Assembly: GCA_045565515.1 (NCBI GenBank)
Contig: JBJLFF010000019.1
Span: 46,960-110,959 of the forward strand
DNA: 64,000 bases
Source of the DNA: Candidatus Puniceispirillales bacterium
Lineage (GTDB): Bacteria > Pseudomonadota > Alphaproteobacteria > Puniceispirillales > GCA-002684695
Direction: 5' to 3'
The notes beneath the pieces are model-generated. The model was given only the letters and a program-made list of their open reading frames with translations. It was not told the DNA's origin and did no database searches. This document shows, in pieces, positions 1 through 12,317 of this stretch. A program made the position numbers and the translations under genes. Within the stretch, counting starts at the first letter, position 1, and the number at the start of each line of letters is the position of its first letter.

Positions 1-1389
1 ACCTGTTCCAGCAGCCAGTGCTGCTTCTTTTACAGCTTCATTTAATGTAGGATGACCATGACAAGTTCTGGCAATATCTTCTGCACTACCACCAAATGAC
101 ATAGCAGTAGCAACTTCATGAACTAAATTACCAGCTTCATGACCAATAATATGAACACCTAAAACTTTATCAGTATTTTTGTCAGTAAGCATTTTCACTA
201 GCCCATCAGTATGATTAATTGCTCTTGCTCTACTATTTGCACTAAATGGAAATACGCCTTTATTAAATTGAATATTATTATCTATTAGGTCGTCTTCAGT
301 TTTTCCTAAAGTTGCAACTTCTGGTGATGTATAAACAATTCCAGGAACAAGATTATAATCAACATGACCAGCAACCCCATTCATAATTTCAACAGCTGCA
401 ACTCCATCCTCTTCAGCTTTATGAGCTAACATTGGCCCAGGAATAACGTCTCCAATTGCATAAATGGTAGGTATATTTGTTTGAAATTTATCATTAACTA
501 GCACTTGACCTTTTTGAGATAATTTTACACCTAAATCATCTAATCCAATATTATTTGTATTTGGTATCCTGCCTGTAGCTATAAGGACCACATCAGCTTC
601 AAAAGATAATTTTTCATGTGAAGAATTATTTATAGCAGAGAGTTGAACATGATTATTTATTATCTTTGCATCTTGAATAGCAGTATTTAATTCAAATTTA
701 ATACCTTGTTTTTGGAGTATTAACTTAAATTTTTTAGCAATTTCACTATCCATTCCAGGCAGTATTCGGTCCAAATATTCTATAACAGTGACTTCTGAGC
801 CGAGTCTTCTCCAAACAGTACCCATTTCAAGACCAATATACCCTCCTCCAACAACAATAAACTTTTTTGGAACAGTTGTAAGTTCAAGCGCACCAGTAGA
901 GGAAACAATTTTTTTTTCATCAATACTTATATTATTTAGTGGTGCTGCCTCGCTACCAGTGGCGATTAAGATTTTACCAGTTTTAACTATTGTTGTATCA
1001 TTTTTACTAGATACAGTTACCTCAGTAGGAGACGAGATATAACCATTTCCTATGAAAGATGTAATTTTATTTTTTTTGAATAAAAATTCAATTCCTTTAG
1101 TTAAATCTGTAACTATTCTATTTTTATTATCCATCATTTTTGAAATATTTAGTTTTGGGGCACCTAAATCTATTCCAATATTTTTTAATTCAGAAGAGTT
1201 AATACTCTCAAATTTTTCAGATGAGTTTAATAAGGCTTTAGAGGGAATACATCCAATATTAAGACATGTGCCACCAAGAGTTGCTCTTTTTTCAATTACA
1301 GCAACTTTCATCCCTAACTGTGCAGCTCTGATAGCTGCAACATAGCCACCAGGACCCGCTCCAAGTATTGTTAAATCAAATTCACTCAT
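1..1389 (-). CDS. lpdA: dihydrolipoyl dehydrogenase (E3), C-terminus beyond window edge
   Basis: Open minus-strand frame, absent from the ORF track because no stop lies inside the window. My translation from the ATG at 1389 is MSEFDLTILGAGPGGYVAAIRAAQLGMKVAVIEKRATLGGTCLNIGCIPSKALL. It has the GxGxxG FAD fold and the redox-active CLNxGC disulfide. The gene lies directly downstream of sucB. Confidence 0.9.
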   Translation of the reverse strand, partial: MSEFDLTILGAGPGGYVAAIRAAQLGMKVAVIEKRATLGGTCLNIGCIPSKALLNSSEKFESINSSELKNIGIDLGAPKLNISKMMDNKNRIVTDLTKGIEFLFKKNKITSFIGNGYISSPTEVTVSSKNDTTIVKTGKILIATGSEAAPLNNISIDEKKIVSSTGALELTTVPKKFIVVGGGYIGLEMGTVWRRLGSEVTVIEYLDRILPGMDSEIAKKFKLILQKQGIKFELNTAIQDAKIINNHVQLSAINNSSHEKLSFEADVVLIATGRIPNTNNIGLDDLGVKLSQKGQVLVNDKFQTNIPTIYAIGDVIPGPMLAHKAEEDGVAAVEIMNGVAGHVDYNLVPGIVYTSPEVATLGKTEDDLIDNNIQFNKGVFPFSANSRARAINHTDGLVKMLTDKNTDKVLGVHIIGHEAGNLVHEVATAMSFGGSAEDIARTCHGHPTLNEAVKEAALAAGTG

Positions 1390-1409
1390 GACTTCAAAAC
1401 TTTCATAAA

Positions 1410-2603
1410 TTAAATATCAAGAATTAATCTTCTAGGATCTTCAATTATTTCTTTAATTTTTACCAAGAAGGATACAGCTTCTCTTCCATCAATAATTCGA
1501 TGGTCATAGCTTAAGGCAAGATACATCATTGGTCTTATTTCAATGTTATCTCCAACTGCAATAGGACGTTTTTGAATTTTATGCATTCCAAGGATTCCAG
1601 ATTGAGGAGGATTTAAAATTGGCGTTGACATAAGTGAACCGTAGACCCCTCCATTTGAAATTGTAAAAGTTCCACCACTTAGTTCATCCATTCCAATCTT
1701 TCCATCTTTTGCTCTCGTGCCCATATCATTAATAGTTTTTTCAATTTCTGAGAGACTTAAATTCTGTGCATTTTTAATTACTGGAACAACTAGTCCTTGA
1801 GGTGTTCCAACTGCAACTCCAATATTATTGTATTTTTTATAAATAATATCGTCACCATTTATTTCTGCATTCACTGCAGGAAATGCTTTTAATGCAGCTA
1901 TCGATGCTTTAACAAACATTCCCATAAAACCAAGTCGTATTTTGTGTTCTTTTTCGAAAGTATCTTTATATTCTGATCTTAAAGACATCACTGAAGACAT
2001 ATCAACTTCATTAAATGTAGTTAACATAGCAGCCGTATTTTGAGCCTCTTTAAGTCTTTTAGCTACAACTCTTCTAAGCCTAGACATTGGAACTCGTTCT
2101 TCATCAAAAACAATTTTTTCAGAAGTTTTGATTGTATCAGACTTAACCTGATTTTTTAAACTTTCAAGAACATCACCCTTTGTAATTCTTCCATCTTTAC
2201 CTGTTGATGAAACTTGAGAAGGATCCAAATTTTCTTCTGTTATAATTCTTTTTACAGAAGGTGAAAGATGTTCATTCTTTTTCTCTAATTCACTCTGATT
2301 ATTGGGTTCTTTAGCTAGAGGTTTTTCAAGGGTAGGTTCTGAATTATTTCCAACCTCTTTACTTTTCTCTTCTGATAATATTCCAAGTAAAGCTCCAACT
2401 TCAACATTAGCACCTTCATTTGCAACAATTTCATGTAAAATACCAGATACTGGTGATGGAACCTCTAAAGTAACCTTTTCAGTTTCAAGTTCTACTATAG
2501 GTTCATCAGCATTAACACTATCACCTGATGATTTCATCCACTTGGCAACTGTTGCCTCTACGACAGATTCTCCTAATGCGGGTACTAATAAGTCAATTGT
2601 CAT
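1410..2603 (-). CDS. sucB: 2-oxoglutarate dehydrogenase E2, dihydrolipoyllysine succinyltransferase
   Basis: N-terminal lipoyl domain ([15 protein letters not shown]) and C-terminal acyltransferase motif [11 protein letters not shown]. Lies between sucA and lpdA. The track start at 2609 is TTG. I prefer the ATG at 2603, which has GGAG about 10 nt upstream. Confidence 0.93.
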   Translation of the reverse strand: MTIDLLVPALGESVVEATVAKWMKSSGDSVNADEPIVELETEKVTLEVPSPVSGILHEIVANEGANVEVGALLGILSEEKSKEVGNNSEPTLEKPLAKEPNNQSELEKKNEHLSPSVKRIITEENLDPSQVSSTGKDGRITKGDVLESLKNQVKSDTIKTSEKIVFDEERVPMSRLRRVVAKRLKEAQNTAAMLTTFNEVDMSSVMSLRSEYKDTFEKEHKIRLGFMGMFVKASIAALKAFPAVNAEINGDDIIYKKYNNIGVAVGTPQGLVVPVIKNAQNLSLSEIEKTINDMGTRAKDGKIGMDELSGGTFTISNGGVYGSLMSTPILNPPQSGILGMHKIQKRPIAVGDNIEIRPMMYLALSYDHRIIDGREAVSFLVKIKEIIEDPRRLILDI

Positions 2604-2624
2604 ATTCAAATAGCTCCATTAATT

Positions 2625-5486
2625 TTATTCAGCTGCACTAGCAGCATTGATTTTTTCTAAACCTAAAGCCTGATTAATTAATAATTTTTGTTCTCTTAGA
2701 TGTCGTGACATAGTTCCTGTGGCTGGAGAAGCTGCTTCAGGTCGGCCTGCATAAATAGGTCTAGAATGTTTACATTTACTATTTATTAAAACACTTTCTA
2801 ATCTTCTATCAATAAAACTCCAAGACCCCATATTTTCTGGCTCCTCTTGACACCATACAATCTCAGCTTGGGGAGTTTTAGAAAGATATTCCTTAAGAGA
2901 GCTTTTAGGAAAAGGATAAATTTGTTCAAGCCTTAAAATTCTTATATTATACAGTTTACTTTTTTCTCTAGCTTCAAAAAGATCATAAAAAATCTTTCCT
3001 GAGCAAATTATTACCCTTTTAATATCCTTGTCTTTTACTGATTTATTTTTATCATCTATCACTCTATGAAATGATGTTTTCTCGTTCATATCATCAAGAT
3101 TTGAAACACAAAGTTTGTTTCTTAGAAGAGATTTAGGGGTCATCACTATCAATGGTTTTCTAAAATCTCTACACAATTGACGTCTTAAAACATGAAAATA
3201 ATTTGCCGGAGTTGTGCAATTAACAACTTGAATATTATCTTCAGCACAAAGTCTAAGATATCTCTCCAGTCTTGCTGAAGAGTGTTCTGGTCCTTGTCCC
3301 TCATAGCCATGTGGGAGTAACATTACTAAACCGCTCATTCTGAGCCATTTAGCTTCACCAGATGATATAAATTGATCTACTATAACTTGAGCTCCATTTG
3401 CGAAATCACCAAACTGAGCTTCCCACATAACCAATGCATTAGGTTCTGCTTGACTAAAACCATACTCAAAACCTAAAACACCTGCTTCTGATAATGGAGA
3501 ATCAATAACTTCAAAGCTACCTTGATTTTTAGATATGTTTGCAAGTGGAATATGCCTATGTTCTGAATTTTGATCTATAAATACAGCGTGTCTTTGACTA
3601 AATGTCCCACGGCCACAATCTTGTCCGGACAATCGAACAGGGTTCCCATCCACAAGTAAAGTTCCAAAAGAAAGTTGTTCTGCTGTTGACCAATCAATAT
3701 TAGTACCTTCATCTATAGATTTTCTTCTGTTATCAAGAACTCTTTGAAGTTTTTTATGAATTTCAAAACCTTCTGGTACGGTTGTCATTATTTTCCCAAT
3801 AGACTTAATCTTATCTAATTCAACACCGGTACTCCCTCGTCTTTCTTCAAGCCCTGGTGCTTTCTTTAATCCAGACCACTTTCCTTCAAGCCAATCAGCT
3901 TTATTTGGCAAATAGTTACTTCCAGCTTGAAACTCTTGTTCTAAAAACTTATTTCTTTTATCATAAATATCTTTAGCTTCTTCTTGGGTTAATTTTTTTT
4001 CTTTAATTAACTTATCAGCATAAATTTTTGTTACAAAGGGATGATCCGTAATTTTTCTATACATAATTGGTTGAGTAAATGACGGCTCGTCACCCTCATT
4101 ATGTCCGTATCGTCTATAGCCTATTATATCTAAAACTGCATCTGCAGAAAATTTCTGTCTAAATTCAGTTGCAATTCTAGAAACATGGACTACTGATTCT
4201 GGATCGTCAGCATTGACATGAAAAATTGGAGCCATAACAATTTTTGCAACATCTGTGCAATATGGTGAAGATCTAGAGTAAGCAGGCGAAGTAGTAAAGC
4301 CAATCTGATTATTAATTATTAAATGGAGAGTTCCCCCAGTTTTATAACTTCTTAATTCAGCAAAATCAAAAGTTTCAGCAAGTATGCCTTGTCCTGCAAA
4401 TGCTGCGTCACCATGTATTAGTAATCCTAAAACTTTGTTTCTTTCAGTATCATTTCTTTGGTTTTGTTTTGCTCTAACCCTCCCAATTACAACAGGGTTT
4501 ACAACTTCTAGATGAGATGGGTTTGCATTTAGAGTAAAGTGAACATTAGTTCCATCAAACTCGCGATCTGATGAAGAACCCATATGATATTTGACATCTC
4601 CAGAACCCCCAGTTTCTTCAGGGTTAGATGGATTACCCATAAATTCTGAAATAATAGCTCTAAAGGGTTTTTGTAAAACATTATTTAAAACATTTAAACG
4701 TCCTCTATGAGCCATCCCAATGACTATCTCTTCTAGACCAAGTTGAGATCCGCGTTTAGCTATTTGCTCTAAAGCTGGTATCACTGATTCGCTTCCATCT
4801 AAACCAAATCTTTTTGTACCAGTATATTTTTTGTTTAAGAATCTCTCAAAGCTTTCTGCGTCAACAAGTCTTTCGTATATTGCTTGTTTACCTTTATCGG
4901 TAAATTCAGTTTGATTTCTGATATTTTCAATTCTTTGCTGGATCCAAGATTTTTGCTCAGGATCTTGTATATGAAGGTATTCAACTCCAATAGAACCACA
5001 ATAAGTGTCTTTAAGTGTTGATAAAATTTCTCTTAAAGTTGCAGTCTCAAGACCCAAAACATTATCAATATATATTGGTCTATCGTAATCAGACTCAGTG
5101 AAACCATAAAATTCTGGACTAAGCTCAGGATGCTCAACAGGTTTTGTAAGCTTTAAGGGGTCAGTTTTAGCCTCTAAGTGACCTCTGGCTCTATATGCGC
5201 GGATCATCATAACAGCTCTGAGTGAGTCGATACTGGCTTGTCTTATTTGATCTGAAGATAATGAAGCACTACTTATTTTGGTATCTAATGTTTCAGAAGG
5301 TAATGATTTTCCTCTCGCCCACAATGGAATATCATTAAATGATCCATCTGTTTTTAAATCAGCAAACCAGTTATTCCAGTTTGAGTCTATACTTTTAGGA
5401 TCTTCTAACCACTTTTCATATAAATCTGCGATATATGTAGAGTTTAGACCATTTAATATTGTGGGATCTAAAAATGTCTCATCCAT
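2625..5486 (-). CDS. sucA: 2-oxoglutarate dehydrogenase E1 component
   Basis: 953-aa ORF with ATG start. Conserved E1 blocks LIHGDAAFAGQG and LPHGYEGQGPEHSSARLERYL. Operon context sucCD-sucA-sucB. Confidence 0.95.
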   Translation of the reverse strand: MDETFLDPTILNGLNSTYIADLYEKWLEDPKSIDSNWNNWFADLKTDGSFNDIPLWARGKSLPSETLDTKISSASLSSDQIRQASIDSLRAVMMIRAYRARGHLEAKTDPLKLTKPVEHPELSPEFYGFTESDYDRPIYIDNVLGLETATLREILSTLKDTYCGSIGVEYLHIQDPEQKSWIQQRIENIRNQTEFTDKGKQAIYERLVDAESFERFLNKKYTGTKRFGLDGSESVIPALEQIAKRGSQLGLEEIVIGMAHRGRLNVLNNVLQKPFRAIISEFMGNPSNPEETGGSGDVKYHMGSSSDREFDGTNVHFTLNANPSHLEVVNPVVIGRVRAKQNQRNDTERNKVLGLLIHGDAAFAGQGILAETFDFAELRSYKTGGTLHLIINNQIGFTTSPAYSRSSPYCTDVAKIVMAPIFHVNADDPESVVHVSRIATEFRQKFSADAVLDIIGYRRYGHNEGDEPSFTQPIMYRKITDHPFVTKIYADKLIKEKKLTQEEAKDIYDKRNKFLEQEFQAGSNYLPNKADWLEGKWSGLKKAPGLEERRGSTGVELDKIKSIGKIMTTVPEGFEIHKKLQRVLDNRRKSIDEGTNIDWSTAEQLSFGTLLVDGNPVRLSGQDCGRGTFSQRHAVFIDQNSEHRHIPLANISKNQGSFEVIDSPLSEAGVLGFEYGFSQAEPNALVMWEAQFGDFANGAQVIVDQFISSGEAKWLRMSGLVMLLPHGYEGQGPEHSSARLERYLRLCAEDNIQVVNCTTPANYFHVLRRQLCRDFRKPLIVMTPKSLLRNKLCVSNLDDMNEKTSFHRVIDDKNKSVKDKDIKRVIICSGKIFYDLFEAREKSKLYNIRILRLEQIYPFPKSSLKEYLSKTPQAEIVWCQEEPENMGSWSFIDRRLESVLINSKCKHSRPIYAGRPEAASPATGTMSRHLREQKLLINQALGLEKINAASAAE

Positions 5487-5568
5487 ATATTAAGTAACTC
5501 CGTTAAATTTTTTTAAACTTAAACTATTGTTAGAAATTATAAATTGCATATTTAATTTATCAAACATA

Positions 5569-6444
5569 TCAATTTTTCATAGCCTCTAAAATCGCTTCAC
5601 CCAACATGCCTGGGCTATCAGTTACATTGATACCTGCACTTCTCATGGCATCAATTTTTGCATCAGCGCCACCATTTTTGCCTGAAACTATTGCACCTGC
5701 GTGTCCCATTGTTCTTCCGGTAGGAGCAGTTCGTCCTGCAATAAAGCCAGCTATTGGCTTTTTAATTTTTGATTTTTTTAAGAAAGCAGATGCTTCTTCT
5801 TCTGCTGTTCCGCCTATTTCACCAATCATAATTATTGCATCTGTATCTTCATCTTCCAAAAATAATTCTAAACAATCAATAAAGTTTGTTCCATTCAAAG
5901 GATCACCACCTATTCCTATACAAGTCGATTGTCCTAACCCAGCAGCAGTTGTTTGACCTACTGCTTCATATGTTAAAGTTCCCGATCTAGATACAATTCC
6001 TATTTTACCTGGTTTGTGAATGTGCCCGGGCATAATTCCTATTTTACATTCATTAGGTGTTATGATTCCAGGACAGTTGGGCCCAATAAGTCTAGAGCTT
6101 GAGTTACTAAGAGCATTCTTTACTTTTACCATATCCAGAACAGGAATACCTTCTGTTATACAGACTATTAGATCTAATTTTGAATCTATAGCTTCTAGAA
6201 TAGAATCTGCAGCAAAGGGTGGTGGGACATATATTACAGATACATTTGCATTGGTTTGGAAAACAGCTTCTTGAACAGTGTCAAACACGGGCAATTCTAA
6301 ATGCGACTGCCCACCTTTTCCTGGTGTGACCCCACCAACTATCTTAGTGCCATAATCTATTGCTTGCTGACAATGAAAAGTACCTTGGCTACCTGTAAAG
6401 CCCTGACAAATAATTTTTGTATTTTTATTAATTAAAATTGACAT
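5569..6444 (-). CDS. sucD: succinate--CoA ligase subunit alpha
   Basis: CoA-binding N-terminus [22 protein letters not shown], and phosphohistidine loop [10 protein letters not shown]. The ATG at 6444 overlaps the sucC stop (TGATG). The track start at 6447 is TTG. Confidence 0.95.
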   Translation of the reverse strand: MSILINKNTKIICQGFTGSQGTFHCQQAIDYGTKIVGGVTPGKGGQSHLELPVFDTVQEAVFQTNANVSVIYVPPPFAADSILEAIDSKLDLIVCITEGIPVLDMVKVKNALSNSSSRLIGPNCPGIITPNECKIGIMPGHIHKPGKIGIVSRSGTLTYEAVGQTTAAGLGQSTCIGIGGDPLNGTNFIDCLELFLEDEDTDAIIMIGEIGGTAEEEASAFLKKSKIKKPIAGFIAGRTAPTGRTMGHAGAIVSGKNGGADAKIDAMRSAGINVTDSPGMLGEAILEAMKN

Positions 6445-7613
6445 CAAAGCTCTTTCATTACAGAAGACACAATTTTTTTTGCAGCGTCAGAAAGATTTTC
6501 GGCAGTAATTATATCAATCCCACTTTCAGACATTAATTTTTTTCCTTCTTCCACTTTTGTTCCTTCTAGTCTGACAACAAGAGGGACTTTTATTTTTAAT
6601 TCTTTGGCAGCAGCAATAACACCTTCAGCAATGACATCACACCTCATAATTCCACCAAATATGTTAACTAAGACCCCTTTAACATTTGGATCAGAAAGAA
6701 TAATTTTGAAAGCCTCAGTAACTTTTTCTTTTGTAGCGCCACCACCAACATCCAAGAAATTTGCTGGAGAGCCTCCTTCAAGCTGAATAATATCCATTGT
6801 TGCCATAGCTAAGCCCGCACCGTTTACCATGCACCCTATATTTCCATCTAATTTTATGTATGAAAGATCAAACTCAGAAGCCTTTAATTCCAGTGGATCT
6901 TCTTCGCTAGGGTCCCTCATATTTATGACTTTAGGATGGCGAAACAAAGCATTATCGTCAAAAGACATTTTTGCATCAAGTGCTATTAGTTCATCTGAGT
7001 TAGTTACTACAAGTGGATTAATTTCTATCAAGGACGCATCATTTGCAATAAAAGTGTTATAAATATTTCTTAAAAATATAGTTGCAGATCTTATAGATTT
7101 ACCCGTAATACCTAATGCTGATGCAAGCCTTCTTGCATGGAAGTCTTGAAATCCAGTTGAAGGACTAACACTTAGTTTCAATATTTTTTCAGGTGTTTCC
7201 TCAGCTACTTTTTCAATATCCATTCCGCCTTCAGTTGATCCAATAAAAGTAATACACCCTAAATTTCTATCAACTAAAACGGAAAGGTATAATTCTCTTT
7301 TAATATCGCAGCCTTCCTCGATATATAATCTCTTAACTACTTTACCTTCAGAACCAGTTTGAGGAGTTACTAAAGTCTTTCCTAGAATTTCTTTTGCAGC
7401 TATTTCAACATTATTTAAAGAATTAACAACTTTGACACCACCAGCTTTACCTCGACCACCAGCATGTATTTGAGCTTTTACAACCCAAATAGGGCCACCA
7501 AGTTTTTTTGCCACTTGAATAGCTTCATCTACAGAAAAAGCTGGGAAGCCTTTAGCGACATTTACATTGTTAGACGCTAGAAGTTCTTTAGCTTGGTGTT
7601 CATGAATATTCAT
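6444..7613 (-). CDS. sucC: succinate--CoA ligase subunit beta
   Basis: 389 aa. Canonical N-terminus [12 protein letters not shown] and ATP-grasp block [12 protein letters not shown]. Coupled to sucD. Confidence 0.95.
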   Translation of the reverse strand: MNIHEHQAKELLASNNVNVAKGFPAFSVDEAIQVAKKLGGPIWVVKAQIHAGGRGKAGGVKVVNSLNNVEIAAKEILGKTLVTPQTGSEGKVVKRLYIEEGCDIKRELYLSVLVDRNLGCITFIGSTEGGMDIEKVAEETPEKILKLSVSPSTGFQDFHARRLASALGITGKSIRSATIFLRNIYNTFIANDASLIEINPLVVTNSDELIALDAKMSFDDNALFRHPKVINMRDPSEEDPLELKASEFDLSYIKLDGNIGCMVNGAGLAMATMDIIQLEGGSPANFLDVGGGATKEKVTEAFKIILSDPNVKGVLVNIFGGIMRCDVIAEGVIAAAKELKIKVPLVVRLEGTKVEEGKKLMSESGIDIITAENLSDAAKKIVSSVMKEL

Positions 7614-7635
7614 TTATCTTCTTTGTAATTATGCT

Positions 7636-8610
<975 letters not shown>

Positions 8611-8680
8611 CTAAGTTTTTATCTTAAAATCATCTTAACTACAACAGTTTGGTAGCCACAAAATTTAATAATTTATAAAT

Positions 8681-9772
8681 CTATCTTGGAGAATTTGTTA
8701 ATTCTAACAATCTAGATCTTGTTCTATCAAATTCAAACTTCCAGTCATTTCCTGTATAAATTTTTTCAATGGGCATTGCAGCATTACAAATTATAAAACA
8801 TTTTGACTCGTACAATGCATCAATTAGCCAAATAAACCTTCTTGATTCATTTCTTTTTTCGTCATTTAAAACTGGGATATTATCGATAACTAATCCTCGG
8901 TACCTTGCTCCAACTTCAATATAATCTCTTGCTGCAAGTTTTTTTTCACATAAATCTTTAAAATCTAAAAGTGCGATTCCAGCTGCCGCACAAGGTATAT
9001 ATATTTGCCTACCAGCACTTGGAATATATTCTGGTTGTGGGAAAATTTCACCAATTAATTTATTAAAATCATCTTTCAAAACTTTGGTATTTTCATCTGA
9101 TAAAGGGCTATACCAACCTTTCATTCCTATTCTTGCAGATTGCCTAAAATCTTCATCTCCTTTTATTTGAATAACTTCACAATTTTTTTCTAAATTTTTA
9201 ATAAATGGAATAACTCGATCTCTATGAAGTCCTTTATCATAAAGCATTTTAGGTGGCCTGTTAGAGGTGGCTACTATAATAACACCTCTGTTCCAAAGCC
9301 CAGTAAATAATCTGTGTAAGACCATTGCATCAGCTATGTCACGTAATTCCATCTCGTCAAAACAAAGAAGTTTAGTTTCTTTTGAAATTATTTCGGCTGC
9401 ATAGTCTGGAATATTCTCAATATTACTATCTTTTCTAAGTTCATGAATTAAATCATGTGCTTCGGACATGAAATTATGAAAGTGAGTTCTTTTTTTATAT
9501 TTGTATTCAACGTTTTGGAAAAATAAATCCATCAACATGGATTTTCCTCTTCCAACTCCCCCCCATATATAAATACCTTTAAACTCTATATTTTTTTTTC
9601 TACCTAATAATTTAGAAAATCTTTCAAAAAAACTTTTACTATCTTTTGAAGAAATATTAGTAGCAAGAACATTTAATTTTTCTAAGGTTTCTTTTTGGAA
9701 TGGATCAAAATTAATTTTTCCTAATTTTACTAGTGAATTATATTCGACTGTTAATGAAAATTTAGAACCCAC
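8681..9772 (-). CDS. zapE: AFG1/ZapE-family ATPase
   Basis: 363 aa. Walker A GGVGRGKS and Walker B-like LLCFDEMELRD. GTG start at 9772, with no in-frame ATG nearby. Sits upstream of mdh. Confidence 0.8.
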   Translation of the reverse strand: MGSKFSLTVEYNSLVKLGKINFDPFQKETLEKLNVLATNISSKDSKSFFERFSKLLGRKKNIEFKGIYIWGGVGRGKSMLMDLFFQNVEYKYKKRTHFHNFMSEAHDLIHELRKDSNIENIPDYAAEIISKETKLLCFDEMELRDIADAMVLHRLFTGLWNRGVIIVATSNRPPKMLYDKGLHRDRVIPFIKNLEKNCEVIQIKGDEDFRQSARIGMKGWYSPLSDENTKVLKDDFNKLIGEIFPQPEYIPSAGRQIYIPCAAAGIALLDFKDLCEKKLAARDYIEVGARYRGLVIDNIPVLNDEKRNESRRFIWLIDALYESKCFIICNAAMPIEKIYTGNDWKFEFDRTRSRLLELTNSPR

Positions 9773-9780
9773 TTTTAAAT

Positions 9781-11343
9781 TTAGGCCAATCTTTTTGGTG
9801 CTGGACTTTTATCAATATTTTCCATCATTTGGTTGATTAGTTTTTTGTACAACTTTGACCTTACTTTTGAAAAGTTTGCGTCGTCATAAAGATTATGTGT
9901 TTCAAAAGGGTCATTTTCTAAATCATACAATTCCCCAAAATTTTGATCCTTATATAAAGTGAACCTAAATTTTCCTGAAATTAGTGATCTAACAAATGCA
10001 GGTTTATCAAAACCAAATCTTACTATATTATCATGAAATTCAATCATTAAGTCTTCTCTTAAAGATTTATTATCTTTGATACTGCTAGAAATATCTTTTC
10101 CTTGAATTCCCCAATAAGGCTTTACTTCTGCTCTATTTAAAATAGTAGGAGCTATATCAATTGTAGATGAAAGTGCATTTGATAATTTTGAAACTCTTCC
10201 ACTTGGATCAGACCAAATAAAAGGTACCTTGGTAATTGACTGAAAGGGTAAAGCTCCTTTTAACATTAAAGAGAAATCTCCCATATAGTCACCATGGTCT
10301 GAAGTAAAAATAATCACTGTATTATCATATAGATTTCTTTCTTTAAGAGTTTTGATTACAGAGCCAACGGCGTCATCTATCATAGTAATCATACCTGCAG
10401 TAAGCGCCATACTTTCTTGAATTTGTCTTTTCTCAGTTAAAAATACAGATGTTTTACTTACAGGGTCTTTACCATCAAGGTAGTCTCTGTAAACTTTTTG
10501 CATGGGAGGTATAGGGTTCTTGTGAGAACTATATTCAAGTTTTACATCAAAATCATCTGGATTGTACATATCCCAGTATTTACCCGGAGGTGTAAATGGG
10601 TGATGAGGATCTGGAAATGATACAAATGATATGAATGGATTTTCATTATCTGATATTTTTTCAAAATATTCTTTAGCTTTTTTTTCTACAAAAGCAGTAG
10701 GATAAAACTCTTCTGGCACAGGTGTCCTGTATCCCTGCCTACAAGAATAATTATGAGGCAGTTCATTCTCAGGCCCAAAAAACTGTTCCCAGTTAGGGAA
10801 GTTTTCTTTTAACCATTGGAAGTAGTGTCCTTTACAATTGTTACCATGAGCTGTTACTAAATCTACATGTTCAAAGCCATAATATGGTTTTGGAATGTCA
10901 AAATAAACTTCTTTTTGGTAGTTTTTAAAGTCCTCAGAAGTGTAACTTCCATTATCTAACCATGCTTCTTTTACGGGCCCTAAATCGTCATCTTTAATCC
11001 AAGGATGTGGTGGTCCTGGGTCAAAACCTTGTAGATGAATTTTACCAAAACTTGAGGTTTGATATCCTGATTTTAACAAAACATCTACAAAAGTTGTAGC
11101 ACTTTTACTCAGATGGTTTCCATTATATCTTAAGCCATGAACAGACGGATACCTTCCAGTCATTAAAGAAGCTCTGTTTGGCATGCAAACTGGACTTGCA
11201 ACATAGAAATCAGAAAAGCTTGTCCCCAATGAAGAAATATTATCTATATTTGGAGTTTTAATAATATTATGGCCATTACAACCAAGATAATCCCATCTTA
11301 ACTGATCTGCCATGAATATTACAAAGTTGGGTTTTTTGCTCAT
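9781..11343 (-). CDS. Cys-type sulfatase, cytoplasmic (choline-sulfatase-like)
   Basis: 520 aa. N-terminus PNFVIFMADQLRWDYLGC, formylglycine signature CMPNRASLMTGR (CxPxR), and FTSDHGDYMGD. No signal peptide is visible. The stop lies only 8 nt before the zapE start. Confidence 0.85.
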   Translation of the reverse strand: MSKKPNFVIFMADQLRWDYLGCNGHNIIKTPNIDNISSLGTSFSDFYVASPVCMPNRASLMTGRYPSVHGLRYNGNHLSKSATTFVDVLLKSGYQTSSFGKIHLQGFDPGPPHPWIKDDDLGPVKEAWLDNGSYTSEDFKNYQKEVYFDIPKPYYGFEHVDLVTAHGNNCKGHYFQWLKENFPNWEQFFGPENELPHNYSCRQGYRTPVPEEFYPTAFVEKKAKEYFEKISDNENPFISFVSFPDPHHPFTPPGKYWDMYNPDDFDVKLEYSSHKNPIPPMQKVYRDYLDGKDPVSKTSVFLTEKRQIQESMALTAGMITMIDDAVGSVIKTLKERNLYDNTVIIFTSDHGDYMGDFSLMLKGALPFQSITKVPFIWSDPSGRVSKLSNALSSTIDIAPTILNRAEVKPYWGIQGKDISSSIKDNKSLREDLMIEFHDNIVRFGFDKPAFVRSLISGKFRFTLYKDQNFGELYDLENDPFETHNLYDDANFSKVRSKLYKKLINQMMENIDKSPAPKRLA

Positions 11344-11448
11344 TTATCTGTCACACCAATTTTTAAAATTTATTTAATTTTATTTTGCAAACTTTATGAT
11401 TACAAGTAATTGTTTATCAATTAAAAATTTTTGTTCAAGGGATTATAA

Positions 11449-12306
11449 ATGTCAAAAAATAAAGTTGTTCTTCTTGGTACTAAAGGTGGCCCAAGAATGG
11501 AAAAAGGTTTGAGTTGGTCAACATGTTCAGTTATTGAAGTTGAAGGGCATCCTTATATTGTTGATTGTGGGCTTGGTGTTACTAGGCAATTTGTCGAAGC
11601 AGGGTACTCTTTAAGTCAAGTTGATAATATATTTATAACGCACCATCATTCAGATCATAATTTAGAATTTGGTCCTTTAGTTCACACTTTATGGACATCT
11701 GGAACATCTGATCACGTTAATGTTTATGGTCCAAAAGGAACTCAAAACTTACTCGATGGTTTCCTAAAGTCTTTAGAAATTGATATTAATGTTAGAATTG
11801 AAGATGAAAAACAAAGAGATTTAGCTTCAATAATTAAAGTTTCAGAAATTTCTGAAGGTTTAGTCATGGAAGATGAAAGAGTAAAAGTCACTGCTCTAAA
11901 AGTTGTTCATGGGCTATTAGAAAATTGCTTTGCATTCAAATTTGAAACAAAAGACAAAAAAGTTGTTTTTTCAGGTGATACAATTTATTTTCCCCCTCTG
12001 ATTGAATTTTCTAAAGATGCTGATCTCCTTGTTCATGAAGTTATGTTAGAAAGAGGAATAAATGTCCTCGCTGAGAGATTAAAAAAAGTTAAACCTAATT
12101 TAATAGACCATTTAATGATAAGCCATACTACAGCTGAGGACGCAGCTAAGCTTGCAAAAGAAGCTAATGTAAAACACATGGTTTTTAATCACTATGTCCC
12201 TCATATTCCAAAGGAATTTCCTAATTCAGAGTTTGTAGATGCAGCTAAAAGAGTTTGGGATGGAAAAATAACTGCAGGCTATGATTTATGTGAGATTGAT
12301 TTTTAA
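11449..12306 (+). CDS. MBL-fold metallo-hydrolase, first cistron of the pca operon
   Basis: 285 aa. HxHxDH metal motif in FITHHHSDHNLEF, with further His/Asp-containing blocks downstream. Ends 11 nt upstream of pcaD. Confidence 0.75.
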   Translation: MSKNKVVLLGTKGGPRMEKGLSWSTCSVIEVEGHPYIVDCGLGVTRQFVEAGYSLSQVDNIFITHHHSDHNLEFGPLVHTLWTSGTSDHVNVYGPKGTQNLLDGFLKSLEIDINVRIEDEKQRDLASIIKVSEISEGLVMEDERVKVTALKVVHGLLENCFAFKFETKDKKVVFSGDTIYFPPLIEFSKDADLLVHEVMLERGINVLAERLKKVKPNLIDHLMISHTTAEDAAKLAKEANVKHMVFNHYVPHIPKEFPNSEFVDAAKRVWDGKITAGYDLCEIDF

Positions 12307-12317
12307 AAGGATAATTT

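Noticed and set aside
788-1345. Track ORFs 788-1042 and 1052-1345 on the plus strand
   Set aside because: Both lie antisense inside the open-ended lpdA frame, whose translation shows canonical FAD and disulfide motifs. The plus-strand products are low-complexity with no recognisable motifs.
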